A DNA stretch of 64,000 nt from Lysobacterales bacterium. Lineage in GTDB: Bacteria > Pseudomonadota > Gammaproteobacteria > Xanthomonadales > SZUA-5. Both the position numbers and the translations under genes were made by a program. The notes below the pieces were generated by a model, which had not been told where the DNA came from, did no database searches, and was given only the letters and a program-made list of their open reading frames with translations. Position 1 is the first letter of the stretch. Each line of letters starts with the position of its first letter. The stretch lies in assembly GCA_022844165.1 (NCBI GenBank), contig JALHMH010000001.1, positions 64,001 through 128,000 on the forward strand, read 5' to 3'. Shown piece by piece: positions 27,039 through 38,043 of this stretch.

Positions 27039-28058
27039 CTATCGCCGCGCGAATCGGTAGTGCCCGACCAACCATTGCTCGCCACCGGCATAACCGAAAA
27101 GTTCGGCGCAGGCCAGATAGAACATCCGCCAGCGTTGCAACCATACGGCGGCATTTTTTTCTCCGTAGGTTGCCTTGAACTGCGCGAGGATCGAGTCGCG
27201 GTGTTTGTCCATGTTCTGTAACCAGTGTTCGCTGGTTTGTTGATAATGCCGGCCGTTCACTCTCCATTGCTCTTCAAGCCGCACATCGCGTTGGAAATAC
27301 AGCAGCGTATCGGCAGCCGGCATCAAGCCTCCGGTAAAGAAGTACCGCCCCATCCAGTTGTCCTCGCCTTGCGTCTCGAATGGATACATGAGCTCGCGGT
27401 GGCAGAAGATGTGTACGAAGAGTTTTCCACCGGGCTTGAGCCACGAGGCGATTCGGCCGAGCAGCACCTCGTAATTGCGCATGTGTTCGAACATCTCGAT
27501 TGAGACACAGCGATCGAAGGTATTCGGATCGAGTTTCAGCTCGTTCACATCGCAGGTGATGACGCGGACATTGCTCAGGCCCCGTTCGTTGAGCCGCGCT
27601 TCGATGTGCTCGCGCTGCGGGCGTGAGTTCGAAACGGCTGTGATTTGCGAATTCGGGAAATGTTCGGCCATCCACAAGGTCAACGAGCCCCAGCCGCATC
27701 CAAGCTCCAGAATTTGCTGGCCGTCGGACAATTCCGCCCTCTCGTTATAGAGCGCCAACATTGCCTCTTCGGCCTCGTCCAGCGTTTCTGCGCCGTTTCG
27801 ATAAAAGCAGCTCGAATACTTGAGGCGTTTGCCGAGACAGGCCTGAAAAAAGTCCGGAGGCAATTCGTAGTGTTGTTCGTTGGCAGCGTGCGTCTCGATG
27901 GCAATCGGACTGGCGCGTAAAGCCGCTGTGCGCTCCCGAAACCGTCCGTACCAATCGCCCGCATACTCGCCTCTCAGGCGCGTGGCATTCAGCCGGCGAA
28001 TGCCCACACGGGTCAACGTGTCGGGTATCCAGCCGCGTTCACAAAGATCGATCAGCAT
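27039..28058 (-). CDS. SAM-dependent methyltransferase (cyclopropane fatty acid synthase-like)
   Basis: ANEQHYE, LKYSSC, ILELGCGWG, SIEMFEHM. Confidence 0.92.
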   Translation of the reverse strand: MLIDLCERGWIPDTLTRVGIRRLNATRLRGEYAGDWYGRFRERTAALRASPIAIETHAANEQHYELPPDFFQACLGKRLKYSSCFYRNGAETLDEAEEAMLALYNERAELSDGQQILELGCGWGSLTLWMAEHFPNSQITAVSNSRPQREHIEARLNERGLSNVRVITCDVNELKLDPNTFDRCVSIEMFEHMRNYEVLLGRIASWLKPGGKLFVHIFCHRELMYPFETQGEDNWMGRYFFTGGLMPAADTLLYFQRDVRLEEQWRVNGRHYQQTSEHWLQNMDKHRDSILAQFKATYGEKNAAVWLQRWRMFYLACAELFGYAGGEQWLVGHYRFARR

Positions 28059-28219
28059 CCTGAGTCCCTAAGTTCAAAGTCGCGTTCCTGGTTGGCCGTC
28101 AGACTGCATGGCCGGGCATCAAGAATTTGTAGTTCCTGAGAGCAACGCCGCGATGGGCGATGCCATAGGCCTCGAATGCATCGAGACTTATGCAAGTCAG
28201 TGCGCTTTTCAACACCACA

Positions 28220-29869
28220 CTAGAGCTTTTTGCCGTCGATCCACGTCTCGCGCACGCTCAGGCCGAGCAGGCCACGACCCTTGAGCATGAATGGATCGGT
28301 ATTCACCACGATAAAGTCGGCGCGTTTGCCGGGTTCCAGACTGCCGACTTCGTTTTCCATGAATGCAGCATAGGCCGCGCCCAAGGTAAATCCCGCAAGC
28401 GCCTGAACGAAGGTCATACGTTCGTCGGCGCGCCACCCGCCGGGTGGTTCGCCGGCAGCGTCTTGTCGGGTCACGGCCGCATAGAGTCCGAGTTTCGGAT
28501 CGACCGATTCAACCGGGAAGTCGCTGCCCAGCGCCATCGTCGCGCCGTCCTGCAGCAGGGTCTTCCAGGCATAGGCACCGCGCAATCGATCGGGACCGAC
28601 GCGCGCCAGTGCCCAAGGCATATCGCTGGTTGCATGCGTTGGTTGCATTGACGCGATCACGCCCAGGCGCTTGAAGCGCTTCAGGTCGGCAACATCGACC
28701 ACTTGTGCGTGTTCGACCCGAGGTCGCAGGCGCTCCCGTTGTTCGGCGCTCAGTGCCGCAAATGCATCGAGCACGAGGCGATTGGCGCGATCGCCGATCG
28801 CATGCACGGCCGGTTGGACCTTGCAGGTTGCGGCGCGAGCGATCAGCGACTTGAGGCGATCTTCCGTTTCGATCAATAACCCGCGATTGCCCGGATCGTC
28901 GCTGTAGGCATCTTGCAGCGCTGCACCGCGGCTGCCGAGCGCGCCGTCGGCGTAGAGCTTGACCGCACGCATTGCCAGGCGCCCTGATTCATGTTGATAC
29001 GGTCCTTTTTTGCATAGCTGCGCAAAGGCCGCCTGATCGCCATCGGCCATCGCGTAGATGCGAATCGGCAGTTGCTGACCATTCGCGAACTCGCGCATCA
29101 GCTGAAGATCGTCGAGCGCTACGCCAGCGTCGTGTACACCCGTCAGTCCCAGACTGGCGGCGCGTTCCAGCGCCAGCGTCAGCGCGTTTCGTCGCTGCTC
29201 TTTATTCGGCTTGGGGATCACCTTGTCGACATACGCCATCGCGCTATCGATCAAGATACCGGTTGCCCTGCCCGTACTGTCGCGTACCACCTTGCCACCT
29301 TGCGGGTCGGGGGTTCGGTCGGTAATGCCTGCGGCTCGTAACGCGGCGCTGTTCGCCCACCCGGCATGGCCATCAATGCGTTCAAGCCACACGGGACGAT
29401 CGGAGAAGGTGGCGTCGAGCACTGCCGCATCGGGAAAGCTGGCCTCGGCCCAGTCGTTCTGATCCCAGCCACGCCCGGTTATCCAGCCCTTTGTGCCCAT
29501 CGAACGCGCATGCGCGCGCACCCGCTCAAGCACTTCATCGCGGCTGCGCGTGCCCACCAGGTCAGCCTGTAGCAGCGAATACCCAAGGCTCATCAGATGG
29601 CCATGCGCATCGATCAAGCCGGGTAGAACGGTGCCATCGATGACCTTCTCTACATAGTTGCTGCCGCGTTCATCGAGTTTGGCGCGAACCGCCGCATGTG
29701 TGCCAGTCAGGATCACTCTGCCCTGCGGATCGATGCCCATCGCGTTCACCGCGGGTGCGTCGGCCCGCGGGTAAATGCGCGCGATGACCAGCGTGTCGGC
29801 GCGAGTTGCTTGAGCGGCATGGGAGAAGCCGGCGACGAGCGCCAGCAGTACAGCAACCAAACGGATCAT
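28220..29869 (-). CDS. Exported metal-dependent amidohydrolase (YtcJ-like)
   Basis: Signal peptide, PGLIDAHGH, KLYADGALGSRGA, HAIGD, EHAQ, GSDFP. Confidence 0.92.
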   Translation of the reverse strand: MIRLVAVLLALVAGFSHAAQATRADTLVIARIYPRADAPAVNAMGIDPQGRVILTGTHAAVRAKLDERGSNYVEKVIDGTVLPGLIDAHGHLMSLGYSLLQADLVGTRSRDEVLERVRAHARSMGTKGWITGRGWDQNDWAEASFPDAAVLDATFSDRPVWLERIDGHAGWANSAALRAAGITDRTPDPQGGKVVRDSTGRATGILIDSAMAYVDKVIPKPNKEQRRNALTLALERAASLGLTGVHDAGVALDDLQLMREFANGQQLPIRIYAMADGDQAAFAQLCKKGPYQHESGRLAMRAVKLYADGALGSRGAALQDAYSDDPGNRGLLIETEDRLKSLIARAATCKVQPAVHAIGDRANRLVLDAFAALSAEQRERLRPRVEHAQVVDVADLKRFKRLGVIASMQPTHATSDMPWALARVGPDRLRGAYAWKTLLQDGATMALGSDFPVESVDPKLGLYAAVTRQDAAGEPPGGWRADERMTFVQALAGFTLGAAYAAFMENEVGSLEPGKRADFIVVNTDPFMLKGRGLLGLSVRETWIDGKKL

Positions 29870-29955
29870 GGAATTGCCCCGGCAGCGATGCGTATGGACA
29901 GCGAACCGACATCAGAGCCGCTATCCTGCCAGGAATCCTCGCAATTGGAACGACC

Positions 29956-30873
29956 ATGAATCCATCCGTCCGCGAACGCATTGAGAACTTGCTGGGGCAA
30001 AACCGTGTCGTGTTGTTCATGAAGGGCACGCGCAATGCACCCCGTTGTGGATTTTCGGCCACCGTCGCCGGCCATTTGAACGAATTGCTCGATGAATACC
30101 AGACGGTGGACGTGTTGGCCGATGAAGACATCCGTCAGGGCATCAAGGACTATGGCAACTGGCCGACCATTCCGCAGCTGTACGTCGACAAAGAATTGAT
30201 CGGAGGCTCCGATATCGTGTCCGGGATGTACAACTCTGGCGAATTGCACGAGCTGCTCGGTAAGCCCAGGCCCGATCGCACGCCGCCCGACATTGAGATC
30301 ACAGCTTCAGCCGCCGAGGCGATTCGCAATGGAATGGCGGATGAACCCGGTATGGCGCTACATGTGGCGATTGATGGTCGCTGGCAAACGCAATTCATGC
30401 TCAAGCCGGCTGTCGGTCATGAAATCCGGGCGCGCAGCAGCGATATCGATGTGCTCATGGATCTGGCATCGGCGCAACGCGCACGAGGCATGAAGATCGA
30501 CTGGGTCGACAATGCGCGAGGCAGTGGTCTGGCGGTGACACTACCGCTCGCGCCAGCTGGGGTAAAGCCGCTCACCGTTGAACAACTAAAGGAGCGACTT
30601 TCACAAGGCAATATCAGTGTCATTGATGTGCGACCAACCGCAGACCGCGCGCGGGCGCCGTTTCCATCTGCGCGCCCACTCGACGCGGCCAGTCAACGCG
30701 AAATCGAAGGCTGGCCAAAGGAGCAACCCATCGCCTTTTTGTGCCACTTCGGCAACTCTTCCCGCCAGGCAGCAGAGCACTTCAGGGGCTTAGGGTTCAC
30801 GCAGGTGTACAACGTCGAAGGCGGTATCGATGCCTGGTCGCAGCGCATTGATTCTGGTGTGCCGCGGTATTGA
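29956..30873 (+). CDS. grxD: Monothiol glutaredoxin fused to HesB-like and rhodanese domains
   Basis: CGFS, WPTIPQL, GGSD; C-terminal DVR...FLCHFG..S...YNVEGGIDAW. Confidence 0.92.
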   Translation: MNPSVRERIENLLGQNRVVLFMKGTRNAPRCGFSATVAGHLNELLDEYQTVDVLADEDIRQGIKDYGNWPTIPQLYVDKELIGGSDIVSGMYNSGELHELLGKPRPDRTPPDIEITASAAEAIRNGMADEPGMALHVAIDGRWQTQFMLKPAVGHEIRARSSDIDVLMDLASAQRARGMKIDWVDNARGSGLAVTLPLAPAGVKPLTVEQLKERLSQGNISVIDVRPTADRARAPFPSARPLDAASQREIEGWPKEQPIAFLCHFGNSSRQAAEHFRGLGFTQVYNVEGGIDAWSQRIDSGVPRY

Positions 30874-31008
30874 CGTGGTTGCAGGCTGCCAGTGCAGTCC
30901 GCATTTGGCAGCGCATGCACACTTTTGGGGCTCGATGCACGAGCGAACCATCCCTGGTTCGCAGGCTGATTCTGGAAACAGCCTGCGGATGCCCGGCATT
31001 CGCTTCCT

Positions 31009-31494
31009 TTAGAACGGGATATCGTCTTCGAAGTCATCCGGCGGGGGCGCTTCGCGACGCGGTTCCGGTCGCGGCGCAGCGCTTCGCTCCTGGCTCGGCG
31101 CGGCGCGCGGCGCGGCCGGTGCGCTGCGGCGTTCGCCACTCATACCGCCTTCGCCGCCTGAGCCACCCAATAGTTGCATCTCGTTGGCGACGATATCGTA
31201 GGCGATACGTTCAACGCCTTCTTTATCGGTGTATTTGTCGCTACGGATGCTGCCCTCAATGTACACCTGCCTACCTTTCTTGAGGTACTCGCCGGCAATT
31301 TCCGCCAGGCGGCCGAAGAATTTCACGCGGTGCCATTCGGTGCGCTCTTGATTCTCACCGGTTTGTTTATCCTTCCAGCTTTCGCTGGTTGCCACACTGA
31401 TGGAAGTGATTGCTCCGCCGTTGGCTGTATATCGGGTTTCCGGGTCTTTGCCGCAATTGCCTACCAAAATGACTTTGTTGATGCCGCGTGCCAT
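31009..31494 (-). CDS. ssb: Single-stranded DNA-binding protein
   Basis: [19 protein letters not shown]-terminal DDIPF. Confidence 0.98.
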   Translation of the reverse strand: MARGINKVILVGNCGKDPETRYTANGGAITSISVATSESWKDKQTGENQERTEWHRVKFFGRLAEIAGEYLKKGRQVYIEGSIRSDKYTDKEGVERIAYDIVANEMQLLGGSGGEGGMSGERRSAPAAPRAAPSQERSAAPRPEPRREAPPPDDFEDDIPF

Positions 31495-31619
31495 CGCGAT
31501 CTCCTGAAGTTGCGAAAGTGGCGCAACGATAGCAGCAGCCGGCCCGGCCCGAGGATCAGCGTAACGCGCATGTTGATGTAGGACTTTTCTGACAAGCGGG
31601 CGCTGGCATACTGGCGAAC

Positions 31620-32630
31620 ATGAGTCTGATCGAATTGCCTCCCATATCCGCGCCACGGGTCGATATCGGCGCTGTCCAACGCTTGTGCGCGGCCGATATG
31701 CTGCAGGTCGACGCCGTCATCCGTGGCGAATTGACTTCGGATGTAGCGTTGATCAATCAGATCGGCGAGCACATCGTACGTGCCGGCGGTAAACGCCTGC
31801 GCCCGTTGCTGGTTGTGCTGACATGCCGAGCTTGCGGTGGGAACGATATCGCCACCGCGGCACGGCTCGCCGCCGTCGTCGAGTTCATACACACAGCCAC
31901 GTTGTTGCACGACGATGTGGTCGACGAGTCCGAACTGCGTCGCGGACGAAAAACGGCCAACGCGCTATGGGGAAATGCGGCGAGCGTGCTGGTGGGCGAT
32001 TTTTTGTACTCCCGCGCGTTTCAGATGATGGTCAGTGTCGACCAGATGGCCGTCATGCGCTTGTTGGCCGATACCACCAACACGATCGCCGCTGGTGAGG
32101 TGCTGCAATTGTTGCAGATGGGCAATCCCGATCTTTCGCAGAGCCAATACTACGAAGTGATCCAACGCAAGACCGCGATTCTGTTTGCCGCAGCTTGTCA
32201 ACTGGGCGCCCTGGCGGCGGGCGCGGACGAAACGTCGCAGCAGGCCATGTATCAATACGGTATGGCGCTCGGTATGGCATTCCAGGTGGCGGACGATGTG
32301 CTCGACTACACCGGCGAGGTCGGTGTGATCGGCAAAAACGTGGGCGAGGACCTGGCAGAAGGGAAAACCACGCTGCCATTGATCCTGGCGCAGGCGCGCG
32401 GTTCAGCGGAAGACGTCGAGGCGATTCGGGCGGCTATCGCGAATGCCGACCGGAGCGCCTTAGGCACAATCCTCCAGGTGATCCGCTCGACGGATGCAAT
32501 CGATGCCAGCCTTGCCTGTGCAGCACAGTTTTCCGCCGCCGCAATTGCGGCGCTGCCCGTGCTCGCGACCTCGCCTAGCAGTGCGGCACTACTGGAACTG
32601 GCTCGCTATTCGGCGCAGCGCGTTCGGTGA
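31620..32630 (+). CDS. ispB: Octaprenyl-diphosphate synthase
   Basis: [31 protein letters not shown]. Confidence 0.95.
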   Translation: MSLIELPPISAPRVDIGAVQRLCAADMLQVDAVIRGELTSDVALINQIGEHIVRAGGKRLRPLLVVLTCRACGGNDIATAARLAAVVEFIHTATLLHDDVVDESELRRGRKTANALWGNAASVLVGDFLYSRAFQMMVSVDQMAVMRLLADTTNTIAAGEVLQLLQMGNPDLSQSQYYEVIQRKTAILFAAACQLGALAAGADETSQQAMYQYGMALGMAFQVADDVLDYTGEVGVIGKNVGEDLAEGKTTLPLILAQARGSAEDVEAIRAAIANADRSALGTILQVIRSTDAIDASLACAAQFSAAAIAALPVLATSPSSAALLELARYSAQRVR

Positions 32631-32650
32631 ACGCGCAGGCCGGCGGTGCC

Positions 32651-33097
32651 TCATTCTGCTTTGTACTTGTCGTGGCAGGCTTTGCACGCATCGCCAACGA
32701 CGGCGAACTGGGCTTTGATCGCTGCTTCGTCGCCGGCCCTTGCTGTGGTTGCGAGTTTTGCTGATGCCTGCTCAAAGGTTTTCATCTTCGCAGTAAAATC
32801 CGCGAAGTCAGCCCAGATGTCTTTTTTGGCCGACGTCTCTGCGCCGCTGTCCGAGCCTGCCGGGAAACCTTCCAACAACTGCGGCGCCACTGACGCCACG
32901 CGTTCGGCACGTTTTGCGAACTCTTTGGCATCGAACGGAATGCGCCCGCGGACCATGCCATTGAGCGGCATCCAATTCCACAGAATCACTGAGAACTGCG
33001 ACTGGCGGTAGTGAATCGCATCTTCGGGATTCACTTGCGCCGCAGCCGAATTGGCGACACCCATCAACAAGGCAATCAAGGCACAACGCATGCGCAT
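32651..33097 (-). CDS. Cytochrome c' / c556 (class II)
   Basis: Signal peptide and C-terminal CKACH heme motif. Confidence 0.92.
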   Translation of the reverse strand: MRMRCALIALLMGVANSAAAQVNPEDAIHYRQSQFSVILWNWMPLNGMVRGRIPFDAKEFAKRAERVASVAPQLLEGFPAGSDSGAETSAKKDIWADFADFTAKMKTFEQASAKLATTARAGDEAAIKAQFAVVGDACKACHDKYKAE

Positions 33098-33262
33098 AAG
33101 GCAACTCCCAGGAGGCTGTAGGTGAAGTCTAGTGTGGTGCGCCGGAAGTTTCACGCCCCTTTATTTCTGGGGCTGCAAAAACCAAAGCCGCTTCAGAGAA
33201 TTTCACTCAAATGACAAGGTCCGGCTCTGTCAAGGACACCAACAGGGGGCGTTCTCGCCGAT

Positions 33263-34324
33263 TCATCCCTGACCCAGCCTGAACGTGAGCGTTTTGCGCC
33301 CTCGTGCCGCCGTGGGTGCTCCATTGATGGTCTTCGGTTTGAATCGCCAACGCATGGCGGCGCGCATCGCCTCGCGATCGAAAACGCCTGGCGGTTCGCT
33401 GCGCACGACGACGATATCTGACAATGAGCCATCAGTGCCGATCGTGAATTCGAGGTCGACCAAGCCCTCAATGCGTCGGCGCGTGGCGGCAGGCGGATAG
33501 GTGGGTCGCGCATCGGCGATTTGGACCGGCTCTACCACCACCGAGCTGCTCGGGCGCGGGGCAGGGCTGGTCATTGGCTGCTGCGCTGCCGCGTCAGAAT
33601 CGGCTCGGGTGGTCGCCGCCGGTGGGTCCGGCTGCGCAGCGACTGAGCGCGTCGTGCGCGAAGTCGGCGCTACTGGTTCTACAACGGCGGGCGCTTCGAC
33701 CGACGCAGTCGCAGCGGGTTGGGCGCGTTGGGATGCATCGATCGTTGTTGCCGCTGGCGCCTCGTTCGCCACCAACGGTGCTTGCGGCTGTTCTTCGATC
33801 GCAGTTGGCGCCGACGCACTGGCGCGCGCCTCGGCCAGCGAGCGGCGCATATCCGTCAGACGCAGTTCGCTGACATCCATACGCTGAAGTAGTTGAATTT
33901 CGCGCTCTGCCTCAGCCCAGTCGCCGGCCGCGATTGTCGCCCTGACTTCAGCCACTGCTGGGGACAACAGCTCCAGCAGCGCCTGGCGTGCCGCAACTGA
34001 GGTCGTCGGCTCTGCGGCCGCGCGTAAGTAGTATTCGATCGCATTGTCGCCCGCAGGTGCCAGCAGACGACGTTCGCTTAACGCATCGCCCGCACGTTTC
34101 AGCCAGTCTTTGCCCAGGACGCCGTCACCGCTGCCGACGATCGGTGAGCCTGCCGCTGGCAAGTCCGTCTTTTGTGCCGCGGGTGCTCCAGATGGCCGCA
34201 GTTGCCAGAACAAGAGCACCGCAACCACAAGCAGTATCGTCACGATCGCTGCCGGAACCAGCACTGCACGCAGATTCTCCAGTGCGGTGCGTTGATTCGC
34301 CTGCTGGCGATCGGAAGTCAACAT
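33263..34324 (-). CDS. TonB family energy transducer
   Basis: TM anchor, Pro/Ala linker, YPPAA..RRIEG.V.LEFTI..DG...FDREA..A..RWRFKP. Confidence 0.88.
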   Translation of the reverse strand: MLTSDRQQANQRTALENLRAVLVPAAIVTILLVVAVLLFWQLRPSGAPAAQKTDLPAAGSPIVGSGDGVLGKDWLKRAGDALSERRLLAPAGDNAIEYYLRAAAEPTTSVAARQALLELLSPAVAEVRATIAAGDWAEAEREIQLLQRMDVSELRLTDMRRSLAEARASASAPTAIEEQPQAPLVANEAPAATTIDASQRAQPAATASVEAPAVVEPVAPTSRTTRSVAAQPDPPAATTRADSDAAAQQPMTSPAPRPSSSVVVEPVQIADARPTYPPAATRRRIEGLVDLEFTIGTDGSLSDIVVVRSEPPGVFDREAMRAAMRWRFKPKTINGAPTAARGRKTLTFRLGQG

Positions 34325-34566
34325 AGGGCGGAATCCTCAGACTCGTCCAGACAGCGTGCGGCACGATCATTGCGCTACGTTTGCAAACGTGTCACAGATT
34401 GCAGATGTCCTTCATCGATGGCATGGAACCTTCAACGCTGTCACGTGTAGACTTCGGCCGCGTGAACTGACGTCCACGACAGCGACGAATCACCGCGAGC
34501 GATGCTCGCGGGCCGGGAGCCAACTCCTCGGCTCCAGCGATGCAGAGCATTTGGCGAAAGAAAAAC

Positions 34567-34654
34567 GGAAGGGTGGCCGAGTGGTTTAAGGCACCGGTCT
34601 TGAAAACCGGCGATGGGTAACCATCCGTGGGTTCGAATCCCACCTCTTCCGCCA
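34567..34654 (+). tRNA. tRNA-Ser (TGA)
   Basis: GGAAGGG/CTCTTCC acceptor stem, CCGGT-CTTGAAA-ACCGG anticodon arm, long variable arm, GTTCGAATC, GCCA end. Confidence 0.98.
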
Positions 34655-34659
34655 TCAAC

Positions 34660-34698
34660 AAAGCCCAAGCCCTGTGAAAGCTCGGGCTTTTTGGTTTT
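34660..34698 (+). terminator. Intrinsic terminator after tRNA-Ser
   Basis: AAAGCCCAAGC...GCTCGGGCTTT followed by a T-tract. Confidence 0.7.
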
Positions 34699-34737
34699 CA
34701 CCATCGGCGCTTGCCATCCTTTTGGCCATACATTGCG

Positions 34738-35475
34738 ATGCTCCCCATCCGTTTCATCAATCTCGATCGCGACCATCAGCGCTGCCAGCGCATGCAAGCC
34801 GAGCTTCAGCGCGCGCAGTTGGACGGCGAGCGCTTCCCTGGTGTCTTGTGGACGGATGTGCCGACGGGCCAGCAGACGGCGCTCTACAGCGACGCCTTGA
34901 ACGATCAACAGTACTATAAGCCCTTGGTCAACGGCGAAAAGGGTTGCTACGCCAGCCATATCGAAATCTGGCGTTGGTTGCTCGGCTCGCCAAATGAAGC
35001 CGTCGTCATTCTAGAGGACGACGTGCGTCTTCAGCTCGGTTTTGCTGAGGTGATCAAGGCCATCGCCGAGCTGCACTCGGCCTGGGAGATGATCAAGCTG
35101 ATCGGTCGTCCGGCTGTGGGCAGGGCAGAAAAGCTGCGCGCCCAGGAACCTCTCTGCCCGGGTTTTGCGCTGGTACGCTACCGGCGGATACCGAGTCTCA
35201 CGGCGGGTTATGTCGTGAATCGAAAGGGCGCGTCCAAGCTGCTGGCAACTCGAGTGCCATTTGGCCGCCCGGTCGATGTCGACCTGCGTCACTGGTGGGA
35301 ATGCGAGCAGCTGATCGTACGCGGCGTTAGCCCGGCGCCGATCGCGCTGGACGACACCAGTGCCCAGAGCAGTATCGGTGCCAAGTTCGGAGAGCGGGGG
35401 CTGCGGCAGAAGTGGCGCAAGGCACGCTTTCTCCTGGCATATAGCCTGACCAATGCCTGGCGCCGCGAACCATGA
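34738..35475 (+). CDS. Glycosyltransferase family 25
   Basis: FINLDR, GEKGCYASH..W, ILEDD, AGYVV..GA..LL, PVD. Confidence 0.92.
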   Translation: MLPIRFINLDRDHQRCQRMQAELQRAQLDGERFPGVLWTDVPTGQQTALYSDALNDQQYYKPLVNGEKGCYASHIEIWRWLLGSPNEAVVILEDDVRLQLGFAEVIKAIAELHSAWEMIKLIGRPAVGRAEKLRAQEPLCPGFALVRYRRIPSLTAGYVVNRKGASKLLATRVPFGRPVDVDLRHWWECEQLIVRGVSPAPIALDDTSAQSSIGAKFGERGLRQKWRKARFLLAYSLTNAWRREP

Positions 35476-35640
35476 GTTCCCGGTTGGAACGACCGCTGGT
35501 ACGGGAAGTTGACTGGGTCAAAGTGCGCAGCCTCTGGCAGCAACTGTTCGGCCTGGGTCGCCCACGGCGGCGCTGGCCGGAACAAAACGACATGATCGCC
35601 CTGCGAACGTTTTAGGTCCGGGCCAGGCTCGCTGCCGCTG

Positions 35641-36177
35641 CTACCAGCCCATCGCGACGCGATAGTGACGCAGCTCGGCGATGGATTCGCGGATGTCTTC
35701 GAGCGCCAGATGGGCGCCTTTCTTGATCACGCCGGCTGCGATGTCTGGTTTCCACCGTTTGGCCAGTTCCTTTACCGTGCTGACATCCAGATTTCGATAG
35801 TGGAAGTAGCGTTCGAGTGCCGGCATGCCGCGGTAAAGAAACCGCCGATCCTGGCAGATCGAATTGCCGCACATCGGCGAGGTGCGCTCGGGAACCCATT
35901 CGCGCAGGAACTCGATGGTCAGTGTTTCGGCAAACGCAGTGTCGGCGTTCGATGCGAGCGCGCGCTCCCACAGGCCGCTCTGACCGTGGTGCTTGCGATT
36001 CCAGTCGTCCATGGCTTGCAGGCGCTCCAGCGACATCTGAATCGCCAATACCGGGCCCACGGCCAATTCGTTGAGATCTTTGTCAGTCACGATGGTGGCG
36101 ATCTCCAGGATTTGATCCTGGTCCGGGTCCAGGCCCGTCATTTCGAGGTCGATCCAAATCAAGCGGGTTGCATCCAT
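35641..36177 (-). CDS. orn: Oligoribonuclease
   Basis: [44 protein letters not shown]. Confidence 0.97.
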   Translation of the reverse strand: MDATRLIWIDLEMTGLDPDQDQILEIATIVTDKDLNELAVGPVLAIQMSLERLQAMDDWNRKHHGQSGLWERALASNADTAFAETLTIEFLREWVPERTSPMCGNSICQDRRFLYRGMPALERYFHYRNLDVSTVKELAKRWKPDIAAGVIKKGAHLALEDIRESIAELRHYRVAMGW

Positions 36178-36315
36178 GGGGTTGCCTGCGATTTTGTGAG
36201 GGTGGAGCTTACCCGCCATGCGAAACCTTGTGAATCGACCCGCTCTGGGCATTTGGCCTTGTTATGCTTAGGAGCTCTAAGCCGCAGAGTGAGCGGCGAC
36301 GTTGGCTACCGCGCA

Positions 36316-38043
36316 ATGCCCGATACAGCTTACGAACATTTGAGTGCTGCGTTACCGCGCCGCGAACGTGCGGGGCGCGATTCGTTTCCCGCCACCAGCA
36401 AAGCCGTTCGGGCCTGGATCGATGCGCTGCCGCTGGCCAACAGCGGCGCCACTGCGCGATTGCTTTACAACGGACTCAAAGAACTCAATCAGTTGGAGGT
36501 CGATCCGGGTCAGCGTTTTGAGATCTTGGAGCAGATGCGCCACCCGGTGGCTGTGGTGATCACCAGCATGGAACGCCACGTGCTCGGTCAGCCGCTGCCG
36601 CTGCCGAACCAGAAGCGACAGATCGGCGCGGTCATGCGCGATTTTCATCGCGAGCTGGCTGTTGGTTACGCCGAGTGCGTGGTCGACATCTGCGCGCCAC
36701 GCGGCAATGTGCCATTTCTGCGCGGCAAAGCAGCCGCGGCAGCATTGTTGCGCGCGATCACGCATGCGGCGCAGCTGCTGAGCAAGTGTTACATCTCCTA
36801 CAGCGAAGTGCCGAGCGCCACTTGGGCGTTGTTGCACCGCCTGGCTGCCTTCGGGTTCGATGTGCAGTTAATGGATAAGAGTCAAAGCGATGGTCAATTC
36901 GCTGGCGTTACGCTCAGCGGCGAAACCATGTACATCCAGGCGCTACTGTCCTTTATTGGCAATCCTTACCGGCTGACGCAGAAGGAGATTGTTGATGTCG
37001 AAGCTGCTGCGCGCATATGGGCGGGTCAGGTCCGTATCGATCAGCTGGGATCGGGCGGGAGTTTCGTGATCGATCCGAGATCGGATTCGCCGCCGATGTC
37101 GCCCCGTGCGGAGCCGCAATCGCCATTCTGGCGATTGGATACCTCGCAGCTCGTGCTCAGCTTGAAGAGCCAGATGCAAGTGCGCCCAGGGATCGATGCG
37201 CCGGTGTCTGTCCGTGGGCGATTGGGACATGGGCCGGACATCGCTGCCGATGTTGTCGATAAACTGATCACCGCCTGGAGTTTTTCCGGCGAACGTTCCC
37301 ATCCGCGGTTGCAAGCCAACCACCGGATGGAGGCCTGCATCGGCCTGCATGCCGTGCACTATCTGGCTGCTCAGAAGCTCGACTTTAAGGAGTTCGCGGC
37401 CGAATTGTCGGGCGGCGTTGCGCTGTCCGATCGGGAGCGCTCGGCGGCATGGGCACAGACCAGCTCCGAATCGCAGATTCCGCTGCCAGCCCGGGTGCGC
37501 GTCATCGACCAGAGCCTGGGCGGATATCGTGTCATTTGGGAGAACGCCGAAGGCCTTAAGGCCAAGGTGGGCGAACTCGTGGTACTGGCGGCGATCAGCG
37601 ATGACGACGACGAGCGCGATTGGCTGGTGGGCGTGCTGCGCTGGCTGAAGGGTGGATCGACCGAAAGCCTTGAGGCGGGTATCCAGCTGCTCAGTCGGCG
37701 CGTCGAGCCGGCGGCGGTGCGTGCCACAGGCGAAGCTAATTCTAGCCGGGTCATTCTGCGCGCGTTGTTGCTGGCGCCCTTGGCGATCGAAGGCGATCAG
37801 AGCTCAACCTTGTTGGTGCCTTCGATCATGGATGCCGCTGCCGGGCTTGAGCTGTTGCGCCTGCAAGATCCGCTGGGCATTGAGGAGCGCCGCGTTCTGG
37901 AGCCGTTGGAGAATCTCGAGCTGCTGGAAAATACCGGTGCTTTTAAACAGTTCCGTTTTGGCAAACATGCCGCTACGCCGGTGCTGGGTGCGCCAGAGGC
38001 ACCGCCTGCGTCGGAACTGGACGAAATATGGTCGTCAGTGTAG
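36316..38043 (+). CDS. FimW-like / PilZ-type putative c-di-GMP receptor
   Basis: [14 protein letters not shown] and R..PR...DQSLGGY (RxxxR / DxSxxG-like) motifs. Confidence 0.6.
   Translation: MPDTAYEHLSAALPRRERAGRDSFPATSKAVRAWIDALPLANSGATARLLYNGLKELNQLEVDPGQRFEILEQMRHPVAVVITSMERHVLGQPLPLPNQKRQIGAVMRDFHRELAVGYAECVVDICAPRGNVPFLRGKAAAAALLRAITHAAQLLSKCYISYSEVPSATWALLHRLAAFGFDVQLMDKSQSDGQFAGVTLSGETMYIQALLSFIGNPYRLTQKEIVDVEAAARIWAGQVRIDQLGSGGSFVIDPRSDSPPMSPRAEPQSPFWRLDTSQLVLSLKSQMQVRPGIDAPVSVRGRLGHGPDIAADVVDKLITAWSFSGERSHPRLQANHRMEACIGLHAVHYLAAQKLDFKEFAAELSGGVALSDRERSAAWAQTSSESQIPLPARVRVIDQSLGGYRVIWENAEGLKAKVGELVVLAAISDDDDERDWLVGVLRWLKGGSTESLEAGIQLLSRRVEPAAVRATGEANSSRVILRALLLAPLAIEGDQSSTLLVPSIMDAAAGLELLRLQDPLGIEERRVLEPLENLELLENTGAFKQFRFGKHAATPVLGAPEAPPASELDEIWSSV

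Noticed and set aside
29956-30873. Grx4-HesB-rhodanese fusion as a novelty
   Set aside because: As I recall, this fusion is already known in Xanthomonadales.
34567-35640. tRNA-Ser as an integration site for an island
   Set aside because: Only one glycosyltransferase gene follows. No integrase or duplicated tRNA 3' end was found.
35665-36315. Apparent 217-aa N-terminal extension of the FimW-like ORF
   Set aside because: It overlaps orn on the opposite strand. The real start is more plausibly ATG 36316.
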